NCBI GenBank assembly: GCA_040758355.1
Contig: JBFLWF010000001.1
Coordinates: forward strand, 96,001-160,000
Direction: 5' to 3'
Source: Nitrospirota bacterium
GTDB taxonomy: Bacteria; Nitrospirota; Thermodesulfovibrionia; Thermodesulfovibrionales; Dissulfurispiraceae
Length of the DNA stretch: 64,000 bases
In this document: positions 11,712 through 22,888 of the stretch, piece by piece
Numbering within the stretch: the stretch's first letter is position 1
How the letters are laid out: every line of letters starts with the position of its first letter
Position numbers and translations under genes: made by a program
The notes under the pieces: model-generated
What the model was told of the DNA's origin: nothing
Database searches by the model: none
What the model saw: the letters and a program-made list of their open reading frames with translations, nothing else

Positions 11712-12116
11712 CTATCCCTCAATTACCTTTGTATTCGCTATATCGTCTCCAAGTCTCATGCCGTCCTTGCTTCCCAGCATCAGGAGGAACTCCAATGCTA
11801 AAATAACAACAACAAACAACCACCCGGCCAAAGGGATCTTGTAAAGCAGGAGCGCTGCTATCAGGGGTGTGTTTCTCAGCACAGAGTCCCTGAAAGTTCC
11901 CGAACTGCCGGTGGAAAGGGATATCACCCTCAATTTCAATATCTTCTTCCCGATGCTCCTGCCGTCAAAAAGGCCGTCACTAATGAGAAGATAGATGAGA
12001 CCGGCGAGATACCCTACCTGAGGTATGGTCTTGGCTGCTGCGGCTATAATAATAAAATCCAGCATTTTTGCTATAACCCTTAGCAGCAAGCTTGCCTTTA
12101 TGCTCTCCTCAGGCAT
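11712..12116 (-). CDS. RDD-family membrane protein
   Basis: R..A..LD, GRSIGK, RLGDDIANT. Start moved to MPEE because the longer N-terminus reads through a REP-like repeat. Confidence 0.8.
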   Translation of the reverse strand: MPEESIKASLLLRVIAKMLDFIIIAAAAKTIPQVGYLAGLIYLLISDGLFDGRSIGKKILKLRVISLSTGSSGTFRDSVLRNTPLIAALLLYKIPLAGWLFVVVILALEFLLMLGSKDGMRLGDDIANTKVIEG

Positions 12117-12352
12117 CGTTAATACTATCAGATGGCCTCTCTTTTTTTCAAGGATGGGTTTTTTAAAATAGGGTGATTTCATTAAGGGGGGACTTCGTCC
12201 CCTTATGTAGAGGAGTGGTAAATTTTATTTCAATATGCTACTATACGCAAAAATGCAATATACGCTAAAAATAGTATATATTTACAGGCGTTTATGATAT
12301 ACTTTCTGTTAATAAACTTAAAATAAATTTATCCTTTTACAGGGGGTTTTAT

Positions 12353-14128
12353 ATGACAAGAGGCGGTGTGAGGTTTCTCATTTTTCTGCAACTGATTATA
12401 GCCATAATAGCAGCAGCTCCTTCACTCGTGCATTCCGGCGAGATCGTTATAAAGCCCGGAAAATTCGACCACTTCAATGTCTCGATGCCCGACAGGATAG
12501 TTGCCGGAGAAGATGTCTCCATAAGATTACAGGCAGTGGATGCCTTTAATAACATTATCACCAATTTCGGAGAGACCGGAAAGGAGTTCCATGCAACGGT
12601 TTCCGGCTCTGCCTCGATAAGCCCTGCAACCTTTAAATCAACCTCCTTTGTAAACGGAACCTTAACAATAAACATTTCGGATAAGGTTGCCGAGACCATT
12701 AACCTTTCTGTAAGGGAAAGCGGTATTCCCATCCCTATTCTGTCAAAGGATTTGGCCATAACCCCAAATAAACTGAATTCCTTTGTGATAAAAGGACCGA
12801 GAACCGCCCAGGCAGGTGAAAAATTCGATGTAAATATCATCGCAAAGGACTCCTTTGGAAATACTGTTTCAGAGCCGATCTTTGGGAAAAATATGAATCT
12901 TATATTCAAGGGCAATGCCGAGCCAAGGGTCGATATGCCTGCAATCCCCGACTTCAAAAACGGCATATGCGCTGTTACGCTTATATCACAAAAGTCAGGC
13001 ACTGCAATAGTAGAGGCAAAGGATTTAATCACAGGAAGTTCGGGAACAAGCGAAAAGATCGATGTAATCAACGGCCCTGTGAATTCATTCAGGGTATTTG
13101 TTCCAAAAGAAATCATTGCGGGCGAGCCTTTTGAGGTGTCCGTAGTCGCCGTTGACCGTTTCGGCAATGTCGTATCGAATTATTCTACAACAGGGAGCGG
13201 TGTAATAATCACGTCATCCGGGAAATTAAAACCATTCCCTTCCTCATTGCCGGCATACGAATTCGTAAACGGACAGGCAAAATTCGATCTCAGATACGAT
13301 GCTGCCGAAGATATATCCATAATCATTACAGAAATGGGAAAAGCCCAGAAGGGCACAAGCGAGGGCATAAAGGTGGTTTCGCCGATACCGGAGAGGTATG
13401 AGATTACAACCCCGGATTCTGCAGTTGCAGGGCAGAAGTTCAAGATAAAGATAACGGTCTACAACCAGCTCGGGCATGTAATAAGGAATTACAATATAGT
13501 CGGCCCTGATGTCCAGCTTTCCACAACAGGTACAGGAACACTTATGCCGAACAGGATACCCGCATCCGAGTTTGTTAACGGCACGTCAGTTGTCGAGGTT
13601 CAGTACAACAAGTCGGAATCCTTTGCAATTACTGCTGGCCCTGTAAAGCCTGCCGTGGCTGTAAAGAAACCTGCTGCAGCACCGGTTAAACAGCCGGCAA
13701 AGGCAGCGCCGCCTGCAAAGGAGGCAAAGGAGCCGAAGAAGCCGAAGAAGGCAAAGGAAGAAAAAAAGGATAAAGAGAAGGAGAAAAAAGCAGAGGCAAA
13801 GGCCCTTGAGATTACAAATGTATCGCTTGTTGAGCCGAAGAAGAAGTCTACCATCTCAATACACATCCCGAATCTCGATGCAGCCGTAAAATACAGCGCA
13901 GCCACAGAGACGGTTGAGGGCAAAAAATGGATTATTGTCAGGATAAAGCCGGCAGTGAGCAAGATAGAAAAGGCCGTGAAGTTCGAATCATCCTTTGTCG
14001 GTAATGTTGTGGTAGAGGAAGACAAGAAGGAGAAGGGTGCTGTGCTCGTTAAGATCGAACAACTAAAGCCCACAAAGTTTCATGTAACAAAGGAGAAAAA
14101 CTCCCTTACCGTTACTTTGAAACACTAA
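12353..14128 (+). CDS. Secreted protein with four Ig-like repeats, a Pro/Ala/Lys linker and a C-terminal beta domain
   Basis: Signal peptide; four repeats resembling FxVxxPxxxxAGExFxVxIxAxDxFGN; PAK-rich linker. Confidence 0.7.
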   Translation: MTRGGVRFLIFLQLIIAIIAAAPSLVHSGEIVIKPGKFDHFNVSMPDRIVAGEDVSIRLQAVDAFNNIITNFGETGKEFHATVSGSASISPATFKSTSFVNGTLTINISDKVAETINLSVRESGIPIPILSKDLAITPNKLNSFVIKGPRTAQAGEKFDVNIIAKDSFGNTVSEPIFGKNMNLIFKGNAEPRVDMPAIPDFKNGICAVTLISQKSGTAIVEAKDLITGSSGTSEKIDVINGPVNSFRVFVPKEIIAGEPFEVSVVAVDRFGNVVSNYSTTGSGVIITSSGKLKPFPSSLPAYEFVNGQAKFDLRYDAAEDISIIITEMGKAQKGTSEGIKVVSPIPERYEITTPDSAVAGQKFKIKITVYNQLGHVIRNYNIVGPDVQLSTTGTGTLMPNRIPASEFVNGTSVVEVQYNKSESFAITAGPVKPAVAVKKPAAAPVKQPAKAAPPAKEAKEPKKPKKAKEEKKDKEKEKKAEAKALEITNVSLVEPKKKSTISIHIPNLDAAVKYSAATETVEGKKWIIVRIKPAVSKIEKAVKFESSFVGNVVVEEDKKEKGAVLVKIEQLKPTKFHVTKEKNSLTVTLKH

Positions 14129-14225
14129 CAAATACAGGTAAAGGTAGAGGTAAAGGTAAAGTAGAGAAAAGGGTTAAGCAAAGGCCTTTCTTTACCTTTG
14201 CCTCTACCTTTTTACTGTCGTAATT

Positions 14226-15131
14226 ATGGGATTCTTAGACAAACTAAAATCAGGCCTTACAAAGACAAAGAAGAATATTGTCGAGAGGGTTGAGTCAATA
14301 CTCCTGAGCAGGGCTATTGACGATTCAGCCATTGAAGACATCGAAGAAGTGCTTATCACATCGGATGTTGGAGCTGAGGCTACAGATGAGATAGTAAGCC
14401 TTCTTAGAGAAAAAGTAAAGTCTGGTGAAATAAAGAACTCAGATGATGTAAAGTCCTGTTTAAAAAACGAGATGGCTCTATTGCTCGGCAAATCCCAGCC
14501 GCTCGTAACCTTCGGAGAAAAGCCATTTGTAATCCTTACAGTTGGCGTCAACGGCGTGGGCAAAACCACGACCATAGGCAAGCTTTCATCAAGATTCATA
14601 TCAGAAGGGAATTCTGTGATCTTAGCTGCTGCGGATACATTCAGGGCTGCTGCAATAGAACAACTCGAAATATGGGCGAAGCGCTCAGGAGCGGATATAA
14701 TCAAGCACCAGAGCGGCTCTGACCCTGCTGCCGTTGCCTTTGATGCTGTGGAGGCTGCAAAGGCACGCGGAATCGATATAGTAATTATCGATACAGCGGG
14801 AAGGCTCCACACAAAGAGCCAGCTCATGGACGAGCTTAAAAAGATTAACCGTGTCATCAAGAAATCCATACCTGATGCACCGCAGGAGATACTTCTTATA
14901 GTTGATGCAACAACAGGTCAAAATGCATTGAGGCAGGCGCAGATATTCAACGAGGCAATAGGCATAACAGGCATCGCTCTTACAAAACTCGACGGCACTG
15001 CAAAGGGCGGGATTATCTTCGCAATAAAGAAGGAATTAGGCATACCTGTAAGGCTTATAGGCATTGGGGAGAGAGTTGACGACCTCAAGGACTTCGATCC
15101 GGAGGACTTCGTTACTGCCCTGTTTGAGTAA
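14226..15131 (+). CDS. ftsY: SRP receptor FtsY
   Basis: [34 protein letters not shown]. Confidence 0.97.
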   Translation: MGFLDKLKSGLTKTKKNIVERVESILLSRAIDDSAIEDIEEVLITSDVGAEATDEIVSLLREKVKSGEIKNSDDVKSCLKNEMALLLGKSQPLVTFGEKPFVILTVGVNGVGKTTTIGKLSSRFISEGNSVILAAADTFRAAAIEQLEIWAKRSGADIIKHQSGSDPAAVAFDAVEAAKARGIDIVIIDTAGRLHTKSQLMDELKKINRVIKKSIPDAPQEILLIVDATTGQNALRQAQIFNEAIGITGIALTKLDGTAKGGIIFAIKKELGIPVRLIGIGERVDDLKDFDPEDFVTALFE

Positions 15132-16089
15132 GGCTCCCGATTTTTCTGATCTTTTTATACCTTTCCTCTATCAACTTCGCAGGGCTTTTTGATTGAATGG
15201 ATTCCAGAGACTTCAAGATATATTCCGCTATATTTTTTGATGTTGTTTCAGGCTCCCTGTGCGCGCCGCCGAGGGGCTCTGGAATTATGTCATCGATAAT
15301 CTTAAAAGACTTCAAGTCATCTGCAGTGAGTTTAAGAGCGTCTGCTGCCCGTGAGAAGTCATCAGTCGTCAGATCTCCTCCCCTTTTCCATAAAATAGCT
15401 GCACATCCTTCTGGAGAGATTACGGAATAAACAGAATGCTCTAACATATAGAGCCTGTCCGCAATGCTTAATGCAAGGGCGCCGCCGCTTCCGCCTTCAC
15501 CTATCACTATGGAGATTATGGGAGTCCTGATCCTCGACATCTCCATGAGATTTGTTGCTATTGCTTCTGCCTGTCCCCGCTCCTCTGCGCCTATTCCTGG
15601 ATATGCACCGGGGGTATCTATGAATGTTACTATGGGAATCTTAAACCTTTCTGCCAGCCTCATCAATCTGAGCGCCTTTCTGTAGCCTTCCGGATTGGGC
15701 TGCCCGAAGTTTCTGGATATCCTTTCCTTTGTGCCCCTGCCTTTCTGGTGGCCGATAATGACCATAGGGATACCGTTAATCTTTCCGATTCCCCCAACAA
15801 TGGCAGGGTCGTCCGCGAATCTCCTGTCTCCGTGCAGTTCGATGAAATCCTCGGCTATCATACCGATATAATCGAGGGTATACGGCCTTTCGGGATGGCG
15901 CGCTATCATGGTCTTCTGCCACGGAGTGAGATTGGAAAAAATCTCTGAGCGCAATTCCTTTGCCTTTTTTTCGAGGCGCTTTATTTCCGATGCTATATCT
16001 ATCTCTGTGCCGTCGGAGAGCTTTTTCAGTTCTTCGATCTTTGTTTCGAGCTCTTCCAATGGCTTTTCAAAATCGAGGTAATAACCCAT
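15112..16089 (-). CDS. accA: Acetyl-CoA carboxylase carboxyltransferase alpha subunit
   Basis: [30 protein letters not shown]. Start set at MGYYLDFE. Confidence 0.96.
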   Translation of the reverse strand: MGYYLDFEKPLEELETKIEELKKLSDGTEIDIASEIKRLEKKAKELRSEIFSNLTPWQKTMIARHPERPYTLDYIGMIAEDFIELHGDRRFADDPAIVGGIGKINGIPMVIIGHQKGRGTKERISRNFGQPNPEGYRKALRLMRLAERFKIPIVTFIDTPGAYPGIGAEERGQAEAIATNLMEMSRIRTPIISIVIGEGGSGGALALSIADRLYMLEHSVYSVISPEGCAAILWKRGGDLTTDDFSRAADALKLTADDLKSFKIIDDIIPEPLGGAHREPETTSKNIAEYILKSLESIQSKSPAKLIEERYKKIRKIGSLTQTGQ

Positions 16090-16173
16090 AGTCGCTTTGC
16101 TCCAAATTCTAAATCCTAATATCCAAATCCCAGACAAAATTGTTTAGAGTTTAGGATTTAGCATTTCGGATTT

Positions 16174-19100
16174 TTAATTTATTTTTACTGTTACTCCTGC
16201 AATCCTTTCTGCCTCTGCTGCAAAATTGCTGCAGGGCGGGAGTTTAGAAGCTATAATAACACAATAATCTGGAAGATAAAACCTGAATGATATGCTGTCT
16301 TTGCCGTTCGGCGTATCTCCCATTAATCTCTTTATTGTCCTGAACCTTTCGGCAGCATCTTCAAAATTGTCGCATTTCATGGCCACTTCATATTTCGTAC
16401 AGAGTTCCATGTCTGAGAGGTTCTGTATCTCCCTTGCCATAACCTTTGCTCCCTTCTCTGACTTGAACACCTGTCCTTTTATCAAAATCAGATTACCTTT
16501 TTTAAGAAGGTCTGCACTCTTTTTATAAAGGTCGGGGAATACAAGCATTTCACAGCTTCCTGTCTCATCCTCCAGATTCAGATAAGCTGTGACCCCCTTC
16601 TCCTTTGCCCTTGTCTTTATTTCGCTTATAATTCCTGCGACTGTAACATCAGCCCTCTCGTCCCTGTCTTCCACACCCGATAGTTGTGTAACATCCATAG
16701 TGGATAATGTCTTTCTGTACCTTGTCAATGGATGGCCTGATATATAGAAACCGAGGGCCTCCTTTTCATAATTCAATAACGTTGTTTCATCCCACGGCTG
16801 GACTGCATTAACGGCAATATCACTGTCCCCGAAAAGTCCCGGGCCAAAGCCGTTCGTCCTATGAGATGACGTTAAAGCATCAACAGCCTTTGCCCGTGCA
16901 ATAAACTTGCTCTCTGTATAAAGGGAATCGAATGCGCCTGCCTTTATCAGGCTTTCAACAACCTTTTTGTTCACCTTTTTATTATCAACCCTTGAAAGAA
17001 ATTTATCAAAGGATTCAAAATAGCCGTTCTGCCTCTCCTGAAGGATTATCTCTATGGCTGCAGAGCCGACACCCTTTACAGCCTCGAGACCAAACCTCAC
17101 AGAACTTCCAACGATCTTGAACTCCCTTTCGCTCTCATTAATATCAGGCGGCAATATCTCTATGGACATATTTCTGCATTCATTTATGAGCTTGACGATC
17201 TTATCCGTATCTCCCATGTCTGTACTGAGGTTTGCTGTCATGAACTCAACAGGATAGTGCGCCTTTAGGTATGCTGTCTGGTATGCAAGATATGCATAAG
17301 CTGCAGAATGAGATTTGTTAAATCCGTATTCTGCAAAGAATGCCATTAGCTCAAAGAGCCTTGCAGCCTTTTTATCAGGGATTCCATTGGCAATGGCCCC
17401 GCTCAGGAAGACCTCTTTCTGCTTTTCCATCTCCTCTGGCTTTTTCTTTCCCATAGCCCTTCTGAGGAGGTCTGCCTGCCCCATTGAAAAGTTTGCTATC
17501 TTGTTTGCGATCCTCATGACCTGTTCCTGATAAAGGATTACCCCGTAGGTCTCATCGAGAATCTCCTTTAATTGCGGCAGCTCATATTCGACCTCTGTCT
17601 CTCCCTTTTTCCTCTTAATGAAATCGTCTATCATTCCGCTGCCTATAGGGCCCGGGCGGTAAAGGGCAACGAGGGCAATGAGGTCTTCGAATCTATTCGG
17701 TCTCATCTTTACGAGTATATCCCTCATGCCTGCGCTTTCGAGCTGGAATATGCCTGTTGTCTCTCCAGAGCTCAATAGCTTGTATGTTCCTTCATCCTCG
17801 ATTGGGATTTCGGATAGGATTATCTCTTTCCCTTGCTGCTTTATGTAATCAACGGTTTTTTCGAGGACTGTGAGTGTCTTTAAACCGAGGAAATCGAACT
17901 TCAGAAGGCCGACACTCTCTACAGATCCCATGTCGAATTGTGTGGTAATGGTTTCTTCAGAAGGATTTTTATAAAGCGGCATGAAATCTGTCAATGGTTT
18001 CGGGGCTATAACTACCCCTGCTGCATGGGTGGAGGCATGGCGTGATAATCCCTCCAGCCTCTTTGCAATGTCCAGCAGCTCTTTTACTGTTTGATTGCTG
18101 TCGTATAATTCTTTAAGCTGCGGCTCCAATTTCAGGGCATCGTCAATACTTATGTTATGTCCAGGGACGAGCTTTGCTATTTTGTCGACATCTGCATAGG
18201 GAATATCCATTACCCTTCCCACATCCCTTATTGCTGCCTTTGCAGCCATCGTCCCGAATGTTATTATCTGGGCAACATGGTCGCTGCCGTATTTTTCAGA
18301 GACATAACTGATAACCTCCGGCCTCCTGTCCTTGCAGAAATCCACATCGATATCAGGCATGCTTATTCTTTCAGGATTAAGGAACCTCTCGAAGAGGAGG
18401 TTGTACTTAATAGGGTCTATCTCTGTTATATCGAGACAAAAGGCAACGAGGCTTCCCGCAGCAGAGCCCCTTCCAGGGCCGACTGGGATGCCGTTTTTTC
18501 TTGCATAGCTTATGAAGTCCCAGACTATGAGGAAATAAGAAGAATAACCCATTTTCCTTATCATCTGAAGCTCCATCTTAAGGCGCTCAAGATAATTCTG
18601 CGGAGGATTGCCTTTGAATTTGACTTTAAGTCCGTTGATGGCAAGATCTTCGAGATAGGAATCGGGTGAAACGCCGTTGGGCAGCTCGTACTTTGGAAGG
18701 AGGCTCTTTCCGAGGACAAAATCGAGATTGCACCGCTCGGCAATCATCCTTGTATTCAATATGGCCTCTGGCGTCTCGTGAAATGCCTGTTTCATCTCGT
18801 CAGGGGATTTGAAATAGAACTCATTGGTCGACATCCTCATCCTCTTTTCATCCTTTACAGTCTTTCCTGTCTGTATGCAGAGAAGGATGTCATGCGCCCT
18901 TGCATCCTCTTTTTTCAGATAGTGGCAGTCGTTTGTTGCAACAAGGGGGATATGGAGTTCCTGAGAAAGCTCGATGAGTTTTTTATTTGTCTCTTCCTGT
19001 TCAGGCATACCATTGTGCTGTATCTCGAAAAAGAAATTCTCAGGGCCGAGGATATGCTTGTACTGCAAGGCTGCCTCCCGTGCCCTCTCAATTTGCCCGT

Positions 19101-19569
19101 ACTGAAGATAATAAGGCACCTCTCCCTTAAGACACGCAGTAAGGCCTATGAGCCCGCCGCTGTATTGCTCAAGGAGTTTTTTGTCTATCCTCGGCTTGTA
19201 ATAGAAGCCTTCGAGGTATGCCTTTGAAACGAGGGATGTCAGATTTTTGTAACCATTACTGTCTTTTGCGAGAAGGATGAGATGAAATGCTGCCTCTTCT
19301 GAAAGGCCATTGTCTATATTCGTCTTTGACCTGTCAAGCCTGCTGTTTGGCGCAACATATACCTCACAGCCGATTATGGGCTTTATGCCCTTTTTTATGG
19401 CCTTTTTATAAAACTCGATGACGCCAAAGAGATTGCCGTGGTCGGTGATGGCAACAGCCGGCATTTTATAGGCAGATGCCTGCTCCACAAGCTCATCGAT
19501 TTTTATTGCACCGTCCAAAAGGCTGTATTCTGTATGCAAATGGAGGGGGACAAAATCAGAATGCTGCAT
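16174..19569 (-). CDS. dnaE: DNA polymerase III alpha subunit
   Basis: PHP domain HLHTEYS, GPGRGSAAGS, MPDIDVDF, FNKSHSAAY; no intein-sized insert. Confidence 0.98.
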   Translation of the reverse strand: MQHSDFVPLHLHTEYSLLDGAIKIDELVEQASAYKMPAVAITDHGNLFGVIEFYKKAIKKGIKPIIGCEVYVAPNSRLDRSKTNIDNGLSEEAAFHLILLAKDSNGYKNLTSLVSKAYLEGFYYKPRIDKKLLEQYSGGLIGLTACLKGEVPYYLQYGQIERAREAALQYKHILGPENFFFEIQHNGMPEQEETNKKLIELSQELHIPLVATNDCHYLKKEDARAHDILLCIQTGKTVKDEKRMRMSTNEFYFKSPDEMKQAFHETPEAILNTRMIAERCNLDFVLGKSLLPKYELPNGVSPDSYLEDLAINGLKVKFKGNPPQNYLERLKMELQMIRKMGYSSYFLIVWDFISYARKNGIPVGPGRGSAAGSLVAFCLDITEIDPIKYNLLFERFLNPERISMPDIDVDFCKDRRPEVISYVSEKYGSDHVAQIITFGTMAAKAAIRDVGRVMDIPYADVDKIAKLVPGHNISIDDALKLEPQLKELYDSNQTVKELLDIAKRLEGLSRHASTHAAGVVIAPKPLTDFMPLYKNPSEETITTQFDMGSVESVGLLKFDFLGLKTLTVLEKTVDYIKQQGKEIILSEIPIEDEGTYKLLSSGETTGIFQLESAGMRDILVKMRPNRFEDLIALVALYRPGPIGSGMIDDFIKRKKGETEVEYELPQLKEILDETYGVILYQEQVMRIANKIANFSMGQADLLRRAMGKKKPEEMEKQKEVFLSGAIANGIPDKKAARLFELMAFFAEYGFNKSHSAAYAYLAYQTAYLKAHYPVEFMTANLSTDMGDTDKIVKLINECRNMSIEILPPDINESEREFKIVGSSVRFGLEAVKGVGSAAIEIILQERQNGYFESFDKFLSRVDNKKVNKKVVESLIKAGAFDSLYTESKFIARAKAVDALTSSHRTNGFGPGLFGDSDIAVNAVQPWDETTLLNYEKEALGFYISGHPLTRYRKTLSTMDVTQLSGVEDRDERADVTVAGIISEIKTRAKEKGVTAYLNLEDETGSCEMLVFPDLYKKSADLLKKGNLILIKGQVFKSEKGAKVMAREIQNLSDMELCTKYEVAMKCDNFEDAAERFRTIKRLMGDTPNGKDSISFRFYLPDYCVIIASKLPPCSNFAAEAERIAGVTVKIN

Positions 19570-19607
19570 GGGAAATTTTACAGTTATAGAGAAAGTTTAG
19601 TCAAATG

Positions 19608-19832
19608 CCAAACCCATCGATAAGGATGGGTCTCTGGAGTGAATAGCTATGTTTTGGCAACAGTTCTTTGCGACTGGAGCGTCAGGCAATGGCATAATCT
19701 TGGAGCGACCATACCATTGCCTGACAGACGCAACTGTCTGAGCAAAGCGAGTTTTGCGGCTGTAGCACAAGGAGCATTAGAACGTCAAAACATAGCTCCT
19801 GAACGAAAGAGACTTATCCTTATCGCTGGATC
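19608..19832 (+). repeat. ~225-bp nested-palindrome repeat, family 2, copy 1
   Basis: Near-identical to 30349-30574; terminal stem CGATAAGGATGGGTCTCT/AGAGACTTATCCTTATCG. Confidence 0.92.
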
Positions 19833-19864
19833 GCTGAAATATTAAAATGTGCTATTCTTTAACT

Positions 19865-20404
19865 ATGAAAGGTATTGTCTTATGGGTAACAGGTCTGCCC
19901 GGAAGCGGGAAAAGCACAGTTGCCGACGGCATAAAGAATCGATTCCCTGATTTTGTGATCCTCAGAATGGATGAACTGAGGAAGATTGTTACGCCTAAAC
20001 CGACATATTCTGAAGATGAAAGGGAGATGGTCTACCGCGCTATTGTCTATATGGCAAAGACCCTTTCGGGGCTTGATCACAATGTCATTATCGATGCCAC
20101 AGGGAATATGCGAAGGTGGAGAGAGCTTGCAAGACAGCTTATCCCGAATTTTGCTGAAATCTATCTGAAGTGCCCCATAGATGTTTGCATGGAGAGGGAG
20201 TTTTCGCGCAAGAAAACACGCGGAGCGCCGAAGGGCATATATAAAAAGGGCAGGGCCGGATGGCCTGTGCCGGGAGTGCAGGTACCATACGAAGAGCCAT
20301 TAAATCCTGAGCTTACCATAGAAACAGACAGGGCCTCTCTAAAAGAGGCCTTGTCGATTATTTTTAAATTCATTTCAAATCCAATATTGTCAAAACCCTT
20401 ATAG
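19865..20404 (+). CDS. Adenylyl-sulfate kinase-like P-loop kinase
   Basis: WVTGLPGSGKST, EIYLKCP, KGIY...PGVQVPYEEPLNPEL; no sulfate-assimilation neighbours. Confidence 0.75.
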   Translation: MKGIVLWVTGLPGSGKSTVADGIKNRFPDFVILRMDELRKIVTPKPTYSEDEREMVYRAIVYMAKTLSGLDHNVIIDATGNMRRWRELARQLIPNFAEIYLKCPIDVCMEREFSRKKTRGAPKGIYKKGRAGWPVPGVQVPYEEPLNPELTIETDRASLKEALSIIFKFISNPILSKPL

Positions 20405-20516
20405 TGCTATTCGAAATTTCAGGCTGTCTAATTTTTCGGTTATTACTTGTGATTGGAAAAAATTTTAAGTTATACTTGCAGAAATAAAAATTACAATCAC
20501 TTCCGGGGGGGGAACA

Positions 20517-22115
20517 ATGGGATTTCTAAAAAACATGTCAATTAAAAGTCTCTACAAATTTCAACTGGGTAGCATAATACTGCTGATACTCGGTATATGT
20601 CTCATATGGTTTTACACCATGAAGCTTACTGATAGAGTCAATACCGAAAACACCCAACATGCCGGCGTTCAGGTCTTTATGAAAGAAAAATATATAGACC
20701 ACCTTAATTGGCTTCAGGCGCTCAGCGACCATGTTTATCAGGGCAAGAAATTCGATAAGGCCGTTGATCCCACAAAATGCGATTTTGGCAAATGGTATTA
20801 TGCCTATAAACCCACAAAGGATGAAATTGATATATATAAAGCCCTTGAGGAACCTCATAAGAGGCTGCATAAAAGCGGAGAGGATATTCTTGCAACAGAT
20901 GACAGGTCGAAAAAGGCAGAAATATTTACTGCACAGAGCATAGTGATTGTCAAAGAAATCAAGGAACTCTTTAATAAAATGGCTGACCTAAGAAAGAAAA
21001 AGGCTGAGGAAAGTATTCAGCATCTGCATGCGATACAAAACAGGATTAGTATATTTCTCTGGTTAATATTCGGTGCAACGGTAACAGGCAGTGTTTTGTT
21101 ATACAACATGGTTGGAAAGAAGACAATGCTGAATCCTTTATCTGATCTGACAAAGAAAATGGATGATATTGCCGATGGGGATCTCAGGGTAACCATGGAT
21201 TATGACGGCAAAAATGAGATAGGCATACTTACTCAGGACATGAACAAAATGGTTCGATCCTTCAGTGATATGATAAGCAGCATACTTTCGGCAGCCAATG
21301 ATGTGGTATCAATATCAGATGCATTGAGGATTAGTGCGGAGAAAACAGCGGATGGCTCAAAAAAACAGTCCGGGCAGGCGCACCAGATAGCAACAGCAGC
21401 AGAGGAGATGAGCCAGACAATAACCGACATAGCGAGGAATGCATCAGTGGCATCAGAGACATCAGCCGAGGCGATGGATACAGCAGCGAAGGGCAAGGAG
21501 GTAGCAGACGGGGCAGTAGAGACGGTTAACAGGGTTTATACATCCACGGTGGAGCTTGCCACAATGGTTGAAAAACTGAATAACAGGGCATCAGAGATAG
21601 GAGACATAGTGACGGTAATCAAGGACATAGCAGACCAGACAAACCTCCTCGCCTTGAATGCAGCAATCGAGGCTGCAAGGGCAGGAGAGCAGGGCAGGGG
21701 ATTTGCAGTAGTGGCAGATGAGGTGAGAAAGCTTGCAGAACGGACAATAAAGGCCACAACAGAGATTTCAGAAAAGATAGGAGCGGTTCAGGCCGAATCA
21801 ACAGAAACGGCAAAGTCTATGGAAGATGCATCGGGTGAGGTGACAAAGGCAACGGACTACATAAGGCAGGTAGGAGATTCACTGAATCACATAGTTGAGG
21901 CAGTGCAGAAGGTTCGTGATCAGATAACACAGATAGCAACTGCAGTTGAGGAGCAGTCGGCAGCGTCTGAAGAGGTGGCAAAGAGCATAGAGAAGACATC
22001 GGACATATCAAAGGAAATGGAGAAGATGGCAGATAATGTGCTGCACGATGCAAGCGGATTGACAAAAACAGCAGGAGTTCTGAAAAGTTCAACTGCAAGA
22101 TTTAAGATAAAGTGA
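20517..22115 (+). CDS. Methyl-accepting chemotaxis protein with a CZB sensor between two TM helices
   Basis: [18 protein letters not shown] (CZB), HAMP domain, [37 protein letters not shown]. Confidence 0.93.
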   Translation: MGFLKNMSIKSLYKFQLGSIILLILGICLIWFYTMKLTDRVNTENTQHAGVQVFMKEKYIDHLNWLQALSDHVYQGKKFDKAVDPTKCDFGKWYYAYKPTKDEIDIYKALEEPHKRLHKSGEDILATDDRSKKAEIFTAQSIVIVKEIKELFNKMADLRKKKAEESIQHLHAIQNRISIFLWLIFGATVTGSVLLYNMVGKKTMLNPLSDLTKKMDDIADGDLRVTMDYDGKNEIGILTQDMNKMVRSFSDMISSILSAANDVVSISDALRISAEKTADGSKKQSGQAHQIATAAEEMSQTITDIARNASVASETSAEAMDTAAKGKEVADGAVETVNRVYTSTVELATMVEKLNNRASEIGDIVTVIKDIADQTNLLALNAAIEAARAGEQGRGFAVVADEVRKLAERTIKATTEISEKIGAVQAESTETAKSMEDASGEVTKATDYIRQVGDSLNHIVEAVQKVRDQITQIATAVEEQSAASEEVAKSIEKTSDISKEMEKMADNVLHDASGLTKTAGVLKSSTARFKIK

Positions 22116-22126
22116 AGAAGTAAGGT

Positions 22127-22678
22127 ATGGACAGGTTTTCCCTCAGCAAAGACAATGCTGCGCTTGTGATCATCGATATTCAGGAGCGGTTGGCAGCAGC
22201 GATGAAGGTAGGGGATGAGGTTATAAAGAATTGCCTCCACCTTATCGAGCTTTCAAAGATGCTGAATATACCTATAGTTGTGACCGAGCAATATCCAAAA
22301 GGGCTCGGACAGACAGTTGCCGAAATAAAAGATGCCCTGCCGTCTTATCAGCCGATAGAAAAACTGACCTTTAGCTGCTGCGAAGAGCCGAATTTCCTGA
22401 ATGAAATAAAAAGGCTCGACAAAAAGACTATTATACTCACAGGTATGGAGACGCATATATGCGTGCTTCAGACATGCATCGGACTTTTAAAGGAAGGCTT
22501 CCATGTCCATCTTGTGAGGGATGTTGTTTGTTCAAGGGCAAAGGAGAACTGGAAGGCAGGGGTAGAATTCATGCGCGATGCAGGCGCTGTGATAACATGC
22601 ACAGAGACGGTTTTATTTCAATTGTTGAAGGTTGCTGGCACAGATGAGTTTAAGGCTATTTCGAAGAGGATTAAGTAG
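22127..22678 (+). CDS. Isochorismatase-family hydrolase (YcaC-like)
   Basis: IDIQERL, TEQYPKGLG, EKLTFSC, GMETHICVLQT. Confidence 0.9.
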   Translation: MDRFSLSKDNAALVIIDIQERLAAAMKVGDEVIKNCLHLIELSKMLNIPIVVTEQYPKGLGQTVAEIKDALPSYQPIEKLTFSCCEEPNFLNEIKRLDKKTIILTGMETHICVLQTCIGLLKEGFHVHLVRDVVCSRAKENWKAGVEFMRDAGAVITCTETVLFQLLKVAGTDEFKAISKRIK

Positions 22679-22690
22679 AGCTAAAACCCT

Positions 22691-22778
22691 TAGCCCGTAT
22701 TATTCATAAACTTTGTTTGTTATGCTGAAAGACAAAGTATTTCCGCTTTGATTGTCGTAATTTATGAATAATGCGGGT
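22691..22778. repeat. MITE-like element with 17-bp terminal inverted repeats
   Basis: CCCGTATTATTCATAAA ... TTTATGAATAATGCGGG (one mismatch). Confidence 0.65.
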
Positions 22779-22799
22779 GTCTACCTTTGCTTGCAAGGC

Positions 22800-22827
22800 A
22801 AAGGCTCCGCAAGGAGCCTTTTTGTTT
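22800..22827 (+). terminator. Intrinsic terminator
   Basis: AAAGGCTCC-GCAA-GGAGCCTTT followed by a T-rich tail. Confidence 0.7.
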
Positions 22828-22849
22828 GTGCGAAATTCCATGCTTTTTC

Positions 22850-22878
22850 TTGACATAGTGTCATTATGGCACTATAAT
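22850..22878 (+). promoter_or_regulatory. Consensus sigma70 promoter with a palindromic operator in the spacer
   Basis: TTGACA-17bp-TATAAT; ATAGTGTCAT-T-ATGGCACTAT at 22855-22875. Confidence 0.85.
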
Positions 22879-22888
22879 ATAAAATATT

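Noticed and set aside
19608..19832. 6S RNA, SRP RNA or a riboswitch
   Set aside because: Present as near-identical dispersed copies before unrelated genes, and I recognise no diagnostic motifs. An Rfam scan is still needed.
19639..19845. 68-aa ORF, and similar short ORFs at 32943-33491, 57907-58179 and 59271-59465
   Set aside because: They read through non-coding repeat elements, and the frames are not preserved between copies.
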